Positions 1 to 11,482 of a stretch of 64,000 bases of DNA are shown piece after piece; the stretch's first letter is position 1, and every line of letters starts with the position of its first letter. The position numbers and the translations under genes are program-made. The notes beneath the pieces are model-generated. The model saw nothing but the letters and a program-made list of their open reading frames with translations. It searched no databases and was not told the DNA's origin. Origin of the DNA: Vicugna vicugna (taxonomy: Eukaryota); NCBI GenBank assembly GCA_013265495.1, contig MU058824.1, forward strand, positions 4,986,691 to 5,050,690, given 5' to 3'.

Positions 1-121
1 AGAAATGGGTTTTCTCCACCACCTCTGCCCCATCCCTCTTAAGAGTCCAAGCCCAGAATAGGATTTAATGTTGCTGCCCAGATATACATACTCCCAGGTA
101 AGACAAGTCCTCTATGACTTA

Positions 122-313
<192 letters not shown>

Positions 314-869
314 TCATAAGCCCTCTGAAGTATGAATGTGTGTTTTCCATCTTAGAGCAGCCCCTCTCTGCTCCTTGGACAGGAATTTTCTCACTTCACA
401 TCTATCCTTAGCCCTAAGCCACAAGCATATCCCTCAAAGCTTAGCCCAAGAATCCCACCTCCCCACCAGAGCCCTAACTGATCATTTACCCCTACACTGG
501 TCCTTCCTTGCTCTGATACATGCATGCTTCAGCCATATCACCCCAGCTAGTAAACCACTGGTTAACTATTCCCTGATCTCCTGCCTGTCTCCTTTCCCCA
601 TCCCACCAGCTCTTGTAATATCAAACTGTTAAGCAAGTCTATAATATCAGATTATTACCAAATCCTTGTATTATCATTCATATTGTTTGCAGGTGCCAGT
701 CTCACCTGTCCCAGCACCATCAGGGTCTAGGAGAGGAGAAGTGAAAAATGAGGACCTCCCTCTTTCCTCATTCTATGCTCTGTCTCCCCAGTCCCTGCTC
801 CCTCACACTCAGGATGCTTCTTCCCCATAGCCTAGGCCTTACTGTCCCCTCAAACTTTGGCCTGCTCAC

Positions 870-1097
870 CAGTGATGGTAATTTTGGCCGACCATTTAGA
901 GGTGCCATCCAGCACACTCTGCTTCACTGTTTTCATCTGTTGCACATGGGCTACTTTGTTCACGTTGAAGACATCCCGGATAACTTCAAAGATCTCTGGC
1001 TTATTCCGCTCGCGGATCTTCATGCGGTCCTTCATGGCCATGATAATGTTCTGGGTCCGGTCCTCTGCCCCATGTTTAGAGCTCTTTTCTGCAGCCC
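870..1097 (-). CDS. UNC13B: UNC13B coding exon, C1-C2B linker ([39 protein letters not shown]...KWSAKITIT)
   Basis: Munc13 linker sequence; cag acceptor 1100-1098, gtgag donor 869-865; phases 1/1 consistent with neighbours. Confidence 0.96.
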
Positions 1098-1639
1098 CTG
1101 AAGGATAGCCAGAGACAGAAAGTAGGGTAACCAGTAGGCCACCTACAAGACCAAGGATCAAGCTGAGGAATGGGGCCAAGAAGAGATCACTGAGCAGTGG
1201 GAGACTCTTAAGAAGATGGGGATATCTCTGAGAAAACTTGATCTCTGTGGGGCTGGCTAGTTTAATGCCTGGCCAGTGGAGTTTAAAATGCAACTCAAAG
1301 GGTAGCAAAAAGTTGATAATTGTCACGGGAGTATATTACACTATTCTATTTAGATACACGTTGTATTTTTCACCAAAAAAGAATAACAAAAAATGTAGCT
1401 CAGTCTGCAGTTGGCTTTGACTTTCTTCAATCCAGATGCTCGTTGAGAGATACCCTCCAAGTCTAAGACCAAAATATCACAATGGGTATCATAGTTATCA
1501 GGGAAGGGTGGTGGGTGGGCACAACAACTCCATTAATCTCATCCAACTGCCAAGCCATGATATAGATCCCAGAATTTGTCAGGGCATACAGCAGGGTTCT
1601 GCCCCATGGCTCCAGTGCCTTTAATCTCAAAAAATTGTG

Positions 1640-1820
1640 GCCTTTGGTATCAGACAGACTTGGGTTCAAATCCTGACTCCACCACTCCTTGCTGGGTAAA
1701 CAGGCTTCTTCTAAGAGAAGAAAATGGTACTCATCTCTCAGGATGTGTAATAAGCATTATATTAGATAGCATATCTTAGATGCCAGTGCCTGCCATCTAG
1801 TAGGTACTCAATAAATGGTC
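1640..1820 (+). mobile_element. MIR SINE fragment
   Basis: gggttcaaatcctgactcc core and 3' agtaggtactcaataaat typical of MIR; limits approximate. Confidence 0.6.
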
Positions 1821-3491
1821 CCTATGTAAATCAACTACACTTCAATAAAAATTAATAAATATATAGATAAATAAATAAACAAACAGTCCCTATTATTGTT
1901 ACCATCATTATTATTACCCTGGCAAGGCCAAGGGCCATCTTCACCAGCCATGCTGGTATCAGAGGTTAGTAAGCTTTTTCTGCTGCCTTAACAATTATGG
2001 AGGAAAACAGACTCCTCCAGTGCATTTTATCAATCAGGCTTCTCAGAGCAGAGGGACCATACTTCATTTATGGGTTCTACAGACTGGCTCTCAACCTCTC
2101 TCCAGCCTCCAAAAGCCTAGGCCTTTACTACAAAACTTAGAGCAAAAAAGAAAGGCCAACATCTGCATCCTAACCCTGGGAGGATGGAAAGCAGGTTTTC
2201 TGTCCAGGAAAGCCTACAGAACGGCACTTAATTCCACTCCATGCTCCATAGAGGCCTTAGACAGAAGATATTTTCAGATAAATGAAAAATGACCTGGGCT
2301 GGATCCTATTCTTGCCATCTAGCATTTCCCATGCAACGCTATTTCACTGGCCTGGGACCTCTGAAAGGCTCTTAAGAAGAAGATGGACACTCTGACTACA
2401 GAGCAGCACTTCAGAGGCTTCTAGCAAGCAGCCTATGTGGCCAGTTGCTAGATCTGAGCAATTAAAGCAAGTACCTACTGGCACCTGTGCTTGTCACCCC
2501 CTCATGATAGGTTTGAATAAAGTCATCACCAACATTCCTCTTCAGAAAGTCTTTTCAGAGCCCCACCTCTTCTGCTGACTATGTTCCACCTGTCTCTTCA
2601 TGTCTGCTATAGGCATGCCACTGGCACCAATCTAGGGGTCTTCAAATAAACACATTTTAAGTGAACAATTCCTCAAGGTCTCTCCCTGAGCCACTTTATG
2701 TCACATATCTTTCCTTAGGGTAACAAAGTGCTTGTGAGTCTAAAGGTGACCTTTCTTTCCTCTGCCACAATCCTTTAGCTTTCATTACTATGGCTTGGCT
2801 CAGTGTAATACCCAGAAAGCCTGGAGGGGCAAGAAAATACCACATTCCCCACGCCTGTTCTTTGGGGATCCAGCAACAGCGGTGCGTGCCCAGCAGGAGT
2901 GGAGCAAGGAGACAAGAACTTGGAGTGTTAACCACCTCCTGTGAAAGACTTGTTGCTTTTCCTGCTCCTGGTTTCCCCACTCCATGATGGCAGCACAAGT
3001 CACATATTTAGCAAGGGCCTTGGGAGTCTAGCACATTCTCCTCCTGGACCTTTGCCTGATCAGTTTGAAACTTCTGTTCCTGGCACTGTTGTCTAAAAGC
3101 TCCATCTATAAGAAAGGAATAAATGCCACCTTCCCTGGGTTCTAGGGTCTAGACTTTAGGAGGTTCTTCCGCGAAGACTAGAACCTCAGAGAATTCTCTC
3201 TTCTCATTAGTTTCTGTCCCTAATTAACATGCTTTAGTCATTTGGGCAATATGGCCACTGTGGTGTGTATAGCAATCGAGCACAGCTTCTGGGATCATCT
3301 GAATCCTGGAATAAATTCTAGCTCCACCAGAGGGCCATAGAAAGTTCAAAGAATTTTTTGCAAAGGTGCTTAAAAAAGTGCTACAAGACGTCTTATTTGG
3401 GAAGGCAATGCCTTAACTCAGGGCCCTACTTTCTCTAAAAAGTAAAGAGTTTCAGTATCAGGTAGACTGGAATGATAGTCCAGCCATTCTA

Positions 3492-3935
<444 letters not shown>

Positions 3936-4286
3936 CTAGCAAAAAGAAGCCCCCCAACCATCATGTGCTCTTGGTTATCCAAAATGGGTCTGATCTGAAT
4001 GCTGGGTCAGAGCCTTGTCCCAGCACTCAGACTCTTCAGGGAAACAAAGGGTATCAGGCTCACCATAAAACCCGGAGGTCGGTGGTCACATACTCGAATG
4101 TGAGACTTGGGTTTACCCATGGTCTGGACCCTTGCCTCTCCCACTGCGGAAAACTGAGACTTGATGCTATCTATTTGTTTTGTTAACAGCATGGGCCCAA
4201 TACTTTTGAATTCCCAGTAAGTATGGCTATGAGATGATCACTGGGCCATAGGCCAGTGGACTCATGAAAGCCCATGGGTCACTTAC

Positions 4287-4361
4287 CAACTCTTCATCCT
4301 TGAGAGAGGTGCGCGTAGCCATTGCAGAAGTAATTCCTGCCTTCCGGGACTGGACCAGTGA
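4287..4361 (-). CDS. UNC13B: UNC13B coding exon ([25 protein letters not shown])
   Basis: 75 nt, phase 0/0, cag acceptor 4364-4362, gtaag donor 4286-4282; Munc13 pre-C1 sequence; too short for the ORF track. Confidence 0.93.
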
Positions 4362-5169
4362 CTGTGAGAGAAGACTTGCTGTCAGCCCTGGCTATCACCA
4401 AAGGGCTGGGCAAAGTTCTGGGAAGGGAGTTTCAGTGACCAAAGCTATTTAATGATAACTTACTACCTTCTCTCTACTTACTGTCGTTCACAGGGACTGC
4501 CCACGGATGCTAGGTAACAAGCATCCGAAATTAAGATCCAAACCCAAGGCCCTCAGGGAACTGTTCTAACAATGCTGGAATAGCACTTCTCTCAGGGAAC
4601 CTACCCTTCAAAGAGTTCTCTTTCCTTCAATATTTTTAGGTATCCAACCTCACAGAACTCCTTGTTTACAGGAATGCAAAGGAAAATGAAAAGCTTAGAA
4701 TTGCAGCAGTAAGCAGGTCATTATGAAAGGACAGACACACAACTCTGTCACGGTCACATTGAAGAACCATCACTGGGAACAATGATTCTATACTGTAATA
4801 TCCTCTACCCTCTGGTACCACCCTGTGCCCACATAATTCCACGTGGCTGTGGAGGCCAACAGCCCAAATAAGCAGAGCACTTGGTAAGTCAAAGGGGCAA
4901 TGTAGTTGCACTAAAATCAAGCAGGAGTCGGGGTTAACTCTGAGATCTGGGATGCCCTGCTAGTCAGACTCTTGTATAGAGGGGCCCCATGAATCTGCCA
5001 AGTCCAAGCTTTAGGGCAGCTCTTGGAAAGGCACATGGTTTCCCTAAGGCAGTGGACACTAGGCAGACAGAAGTCATTCTATTAGCCTTAAGCAGGAGGA
5101 ACAGTTAGGATGTGCCCAGGTGGTTTGGGATATGGACTCATAAAGATAAGGGGGTCTGGAGACACTCAC

Positions 5170-5175
5170 CATAGC
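5170..5175 (-). CDS. UNC13B: 6-nt microexon GCT ATG (Ala-Met)
   Basis: Minus strand: ctttaac branch-like site, polypyrimidine tract with TGC motifs, cag|GCTATG|gtgagt; in frame it gives LVSDL-AM-SLVQSRK, which matches the Munc13-1 sequence as I recall it. Confidence 0.85.
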
Positions 5176-6579
5176 CTGCGCAGAGGAGAGCAGAGAAAGG
5201 AACAACATGATGTTAAAGCCCCCTCGAGGGCATGAAAGCTTTCAGAGACAACTGAGAGATTCTTTCCCATAGTCCAAAGTAGGAAACATGTCCCAAACAC
5301 CCCCTGCCTCTATCTACTAAAAACTGTCTTCAACCCAGACAGCTGACCAAGGCTCAAGGCCTAGAAGGAGAATTATGCTATAAAGTGAAATATGGGGAAG
5401 GTTGAAAGACAGAGGAAGGGAAACAAGAAATGAATAAAATACTGCTATCCAATCAGTTAAGCAAAGGAAATTTGGTAAGCAAGGAGGAAGCAGAGGATGA
5501 GAAAAAGTAGGAAGAAAAGAAAGGTAGAAGAGAAAGAAGAGGAGATCAAAGACAATGAAAGATAATAAAGAAGAGATGACATCAGAATTTACCTTCATCC
5601 AATCAGCTTGATGAAGAGTTGGTGGGAGAAGAGGTGTATTAGAAAGGAAGAAAAAGAGAAAGATATACAAGTAGCAGAGGGAAAAGGAAGGAAGAAAGAA
5701 AGAAATGATGAAAAGAAAATGGCAGAGGATATTTCTATTCAGTCAACTTTAGAAGGGAGAAACTGGTGGGGAGAAAAAGAGCACAGAATGGAGGAGAAAT
5801 GGAAAAATAGTGGCTAGAAAAAACAAAATAGACTGAATAGGGAGAAAAAGAGAAGAAAACAGGAGTAGCAAATAGTAATAGCAAAAGGGTTCAAGTCTTA
5901 CTGAACATCTGACTCTGGGAAGACTGGGCTCCACTCCACCCCCACTACCCACTAAACTACAGAAAATTCCTTGAGCTAATTCTGCCTTAGGAGGTATGAC
6001 CCCAAATGGGAGCTTCTGGTCATCCTGGAGGTCCTGAGGTTAGCTTTAACTCCTAATTCTGTTTCAATTCAATTCCACAAGTTGTCATTACTATCTCTCA
6101 ATGCTAGACACTAGGTTAAAGACTGAGGGTACAGAGATAGTCTAGAAAGCCTATGTCTTGTGAGACTTCCAGCTGACCTCCAAGGAGTCACACTGGTCAT
6201 GACCATCACACATGAAGCTCAATTATCTAGGTCAGGGCTGAAGGAAGTTTCCATTACAGGTGATCAAAGAAGGCTATTGAGATACCTAGAGGAACTGGAT
6301 AACTGGAAGATAACCCTGGAGCCCAGCTTTGAGGGCCTAAGCTATAAATGTTCCAGGTAGGAGCTTGAGCCAATGAGGGACCTGGGGCTCTAACAAGGGA
6401 GTGAGATAATACAAAGTCCCACTCAGGTCATCACTATGTCTCAGTAAGGCTTTAAATGATTGATGATCAGACTGATTCTTGTCACCAAATGCTCCACTTC
6501 CAGTTCTAATAGCTTGCCAATTCCAATGGGGGAATACCCCAAGGTTATAGCCTAAGCCTGCACGAGAGTCCATACTCAC

Positions 6580-6658
6580 CAGATCGCTGACAAGTGGCAG
6601 TGTCTTCTTTCTGCGTAGATCTGGCATGCTGTCAATGCCGTAGAGACCTCCAGCTGGC
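6580..6658 (-). CDS. UNC13B: UNC13B coding exon ((G)[26 protein letters not shown])
   Basis: Conserved Munc13 [12 protein letters not shown] motif; cag acceptor 6661-6659, gtgag donor 6579-6575; phase 2 in, phase 0 out. Confidence 0.95.
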
Positions 6659-9005
6659 CTGAGGAAAGAAGAAAATATGTCAGGACTTTCAGCCCCACCT
6701 TGAGTTACTGGCAGGTTTAATGTTCCATTCTCCATGCTAACTCTCCCTAGAGGAAGATAAACTGACCTCCACCGTATGCCTGTGAGAGGGGTAAGGAGGA
6801 CAGAAAGTGAGGGAAATAAAGCCACGGGTTGATGAGCAATGGAACCTGCTCTCAGAGTGCCCCTCGGTGTCTCCCTCTATGGTTTTAGCGACGGGCTCTT
6901 TTATCGCACAGTGCCACTCCAAGGCTCCTTTGTATATTTGAAGGCCCTTGTGCTCCATAAAGCAAGGTGGGTATTGGTGGTTAAGAAGGCTCCTTCCTAC
7001 ACTCAGGCCAGAGACACTGATCCCCAAAGATAAGTCTTCTCTGGCCTATGCCAGAGCAGAGTCCAGAAGAAATGCAGCCTAGGCAGCAAGACTGCTAAAC
7101 AGTACTATGCAGGAGAACTTCTCCAACCTGAATAAAAGAGCCACTAGTCTGTCTCCCCAAGCCTCCTGAAGAAAAAGCACCTCCATGGAAAGAGGAGCCT
7201 GCCCAATCAAGTGGAAGCAGGGAAAGTAAATGGAAGACTTCCAAAAGAAAAAGAAGATCATTTAGGAAGGAAACAGCAAAAGGAATCAAAAGTCTGGCCT
7301 AGCCCTATGGTCACATCAACAGGGACCAGGAAAAAAATAATAGGAGCAACCTGAGATTTCTAAAACTTTTATACCTTTTACATACTTATTAATTTTGTTG
7401 TCCTTTGCCTGTTCTTCCATAACAATAGGCAATAAATATTCAGAGAAATTCCCAAAAAGAACACCATCCTCACATTCAGATAACCTGGATTTTATTCTCA
7501 ACTCTTCTACTAATTCACTATATCCTCTGCCAAAATTCCTTCCTCTCTTTGGATTTTGGTGTCACTTCTATAAAATAATAGGGGTGAACTACAAAACCTC
7601 TCTGACCTTTTGGAAGGTATCATTCTGAGCCTCAATGAAAAGAATTCATATACTTGGTTTCAACAAGACCAATGAAGAAATGGGGAAAGTGGGGTGGCTG
7701 TACACCATAACTGGTCTGAAAAGAGAAATGTCAAAGAATAAATAAGTAGGTATTGCCAGCTAATTAGGCAAAAAATGGAGCCACCAATTGAGTCAAGGTC
7801 AGGAGTTGGAACAGGTAACCAGATATGTTGATTTCTAATAATCTAACTTTTAAGTACAGGCAGTGAACTTTATTCAACACTACCACATCTATGCAAGTTC
7901 TAAACTTGTGACAACTTCCAAGGACTAAGCTGAAGGAAAAGAAAGATGAAAACAGGGAGGCATTTAGAAAATCACTGCATGGCTCCATTTAAAAATAGCT
8001 TGGATATGTTCCATTGGTATGTATATATTTTAAAGTTATTAGAAGGAAAAAACTAAAGCCCTGAAGAAGGGCTGTTGAAGAAGCAACTGGTGCCACAAGT
8101 CTATGGCTAATTCTAGAAACTATAAAGTGTACCACTTAAGCCAAGAAGTTTTTTTGCAACATAAATGAGCTTTTGACAAAAGCAAAAACGGTTGCTAATT
8201 CACATGGTTAACTCTTGCTTTTAAAAAAAAGACAAATCACAAAGAAAAGGAGCATATAAAAATGGAATAGATAACTTTATGATCTGATCTGTTTTCTTCC
8301 CTAGTGACGAGGAAAAGGAGGCAGCCACTGGGAATTCTGATGTCAGAAGGCCTTTGTGGGACAAGGAGAGAAGGAAGAGCCTGAGGAGAGAGAGCACTTA
8401 TGCTCTTTTATCTCTTAAGAATAGTCGGTCAGTTACAGGCAGCAGTTGAGCAGTTTAAAATGATGTCTGGTACAATCACACGGATCTGAAACTCCCAGAC
8501 AAAAAACAGACAAAGCACACAGACCTCATAAGGGATACTACTTATGTCTTCACTACAGTGGAACAGAAAAAGTAGGTGACTCACAAAAGCTGAAACAGGA
8601 CGGGGCCCAGGGAGTAATCTAATCAGCTACACTATCCACAATGGAATAGAAGGAAACTGTCTCCAAATCCACGTATTTTTCTAGTTTCCTCATTCTCATA
8701 CTTAAAGGGTATATCACCACTATGATGCAATACATCAGAAATTACAGAGGCAAGGATAGGAGAGCCCCAGTGCTCCCTCTCCTGCTCCAGGGGAACAACC
8801 CTGCAGAGCTCTCTTTCCCATCTCTGAGGAATCAGTCTGCAGCATTCTTTCCTCTGCCCCAGAGAACCAACCAGTCTTTACAGTTAAACTTCTTCTTCCC
8901 CAGAATCCAGCTTATAAAGCTGTTTCTCCTGCTTCCCAAGGGAAAAGCTAAAAGCAGCATAAGAGATTGAAGAAAATCCATAAACCTTGCAGTATTAACA
9001 CTTAC

Positions 9006-9052
9006 CCTTCTGGGAGCCACTGGGGTAAAGAGGGGTCACCATCATCTGGAAT
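9006..9052 (-). CDS. UNC13B: UNC13B coding exon (IPDDGDPSLPQWLPEG), where the ub and b isoforms converge
   Basis: 47 nt; strong polypyrimidine tract plus aag acceptor, gtaag donor 9005-9001; phase 0 in, phase 2 out, joining the 6658 exon in frame. Confidence 0.92.
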
Positions 9053-10580
9053 CTTTAAAAAGAGAAAGAAAAATGTTAGATCCTGGGAAAGATGGGAGAG
9101 ACTGCTATACTTCTTTGGTCAGGCAGTGGGCAGTAAAGTTAGAAGCTCAGAGCAGTGTAGGTCACATACACCACTGGTGACATGCCCAGCCTGATGTTTA
9201 AGTCAGTTCCCTGATCAGCCAGGGCAACAAGCAGGCTGCTGAAATCAGTGGTACTTTGTCTCCCTTCTCCCCAGAAAACAGGGAGGATATAAGGCCAAGT
9301 TCACTGAGCTCCCAGGAATAAGGTCCACTGGGAGTGTGAGAACTGCCAGAACTTACAGGTCTCTCACACAACCCACTGGTATACATAACAGTAAGCTGAG
9401 GCCAGAGGGTCCATTTAGGCTTCTAGGCCTCGCTAAAGCAAAAAGACAATTTCATATAGAGTCTGGTCTTCTTTCAGCTATATTTCTAAGTTATCTTCGG
9501 CTGCCCCGGTGTCAGACCTAGTCTTTCTGGATTCCTATCTCGTGATTTGACTTGGTTTAGGTGACTTGAAGCCTTAACTCACTGACACTGAGTACACTCT
9601 GCATTTGGTAAGCTCCATATATCAAGAGAACCCAGGGCAGATTAGATACTTGGATTATTACTCTGGTGAATTTTATGAGCTCTACAATAAGAAATTGAAA
9701 ATTGGGGCACTAAATAATTCAAGGAAGGAATAGCTGGAAAACACTTTTTAAAGGTTTCTGTACAAAAAAAAAAAAATCCTTCAAGCAGTGTATAGAGAGA
9801 GTTCCAAAGCTGCCAGGGCTCTCCAGACAACCAGTGGGACACGATGTTTAGGCTCCACAGACCCAGTGCCAGTAAGTCTGGGGCTTCCTGCTCCTCCTTG
9901 TTCCCCTCCACCCACAACAACTTCCCTGCCTCCTGAGACCTGGGCTCCAGCTAACTATCCTGGAGCAAATGAGCTTCAGACAAAGGAGGCAGAAGTAAGC
10001 TGTTAAGCTCTAGACAGGAGGTGAAGTTTTGGGAGGGCTAAAGATGGGAGAAGTTACAGACAAAATGATGCGAGAGAGCAAAAAAAGGAAAGGCAGGACA
10101 AGCTAATTAATGGGTGATGTAAAAGTGGGTAAGAATGACACTGGGTCAGCAGAAGGCTCAAGATAAACTTTGGATTTAAGCCTTTCTGAGTAAGACCTTT
10201 CTCGGGTAGCCTGTACTCTAATCCAGCCTGTCTACTGCCTACAGCCCTTCATGACCACATTTTGCTGCTGCTGCCTCTTGCCCTGGTTCTGTGACTGGGA
10301 TGATATGGAAGAGGGAGGGCCAGGCCCAAAAGGCAGCCAGAAGTGGTTAAATCAAGTCTCCCAAGGTTGCTTGTGAAGGGTAGTCAATCCCTAAATCCCC
10401 AGATCCTACCAACCAGAACTTATCCTCCCTTTGGAAACAGTCATTTTACTGAGCAGATTTTGATTTCCTACCTAGAATTAGATGTTTACCAGAAACCACT
10501 GAGCATAAGGAAACAAAGTCACGAAAAGTCTTGGCAGCCAGGGTTCACAGGCTCAGATCATACACATTTCCTGTACTTAC

Positions 10581-10604
10581 AGGGGACAGTGGGTCTGCAG
10601 AAGC
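10581..10604 (-). CDS. UNC13B: Candidate 24-nt in-frame microexon (ASADPLSP)
   Basis: tgtgtcttcag|GCTTCTGCAGACCCACTGTCCCCT|gtaagt; phase 0/0; upstream intron is CpG-retaining with a ctcac branch-like site and TGCATG. Confidence 0.6.
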
Positions 10605-11374
10605 CTGAAGACACAGTATAGAGCATGCACACACAGCGCACGGACAGCGGACGGGGGAGTGAGCGGAGGCCTAGACATAGTACCTATAGGAAGTACATTC
10701 ATTAAGATACAACCTGTACCTGAGGAAACAGGTGCTCATGGATCCTGTACATAGGGCGACAGAATATGTGCACACACCCCTTTCAGGGAGCATTCAGTGC
10801 TCACTAGGGCCGGAATCACCAGCAAAGCAAACCCTAACTGTCTTCAAGAACCAGTGCTTGCAGGCACAGAGCACTAATATACTATGCATTCTTATGGCAT
10901 AGGGGAACCACATCACAGGTCTACGGAAGCCCGTGCTCACAGAAAGGCCAATAAACCTGCTCAGAAGCACAAAGCACGTTCACATTTAGGCCCCAGGCAA
11001 GAGGCACAAAAAGCCTACACAAACTCCTGCTCTCAAATACAATGTGTATGCATGCTGGGCTCAGCCAGGGTTTATAGCATATGCCAATCTGCAGCAACAA
11101 GTAGAAAATGGACATACACTGTGCGAAGTAGGAAAAGAGGAAAGTGATCAGTATCTGGGGGAGTCAAACCGAGTACAAGTATAAGCACACACATGCTACA
11201 CTGAATGTGCACCATGCTGGCACACACATTCTCACACTGTGCTCCAGGGACGTCTGCAAGAGCTCACACAAGCATAGAGCATGCACACAAATTGCTTTCA
11301 GGAGAAACAGACTAGCTGCATGAGCCAAAGTTCAGAGGCACAGATCATACCTGTGCATGTACACACGTACGTGT

Positions 11375-11395
11375 ACACACACACACACACACACA
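11375..11395. repeat. (CA)n microsatellite, read as (UG)n on the pre-mRNA
   Basis: About 10 AC units seen directly. Confidence 0.9.
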
Positions 11396-11459
11396 GAGTG
11401 CTCAGAAGGGAGGGGAGAGAGTTGACAACAAAAAAGGCCACAAGGGGCCAGAGCACAAC

Positions 11460-11482
11460 CTGAAGGGCTCCTCGCTTTCCTT
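11460..11482 (-). CDS. UNC13B: 23-nt microexon ((E)GKRGALQ) linking the bMunc13-2 exon to the shared exons
   Basis: TACTAAC branch point 11539-11533, long pyrimidine tract, ttgcag acceptor, CAG|gttgtg donor; converts phase 1 (exit of the 19889 exon) to phase 0 (entry of the 9052 exon). Confidence 0.88.

Noticed and set aside
850..1326. 158-aa ORF read as a single gene with a hydrophobic N-terminus
   Set aside because: Only 870-1097 is exon; the apparent transmembrane segment is translated intron and polypyrimidine tract
5317..5952. Phe/Leu-rich and Lys/Glu-rich ORFs
   Set aside because: Artefacts of the purine/pyrimidine-biased low-complexity tract
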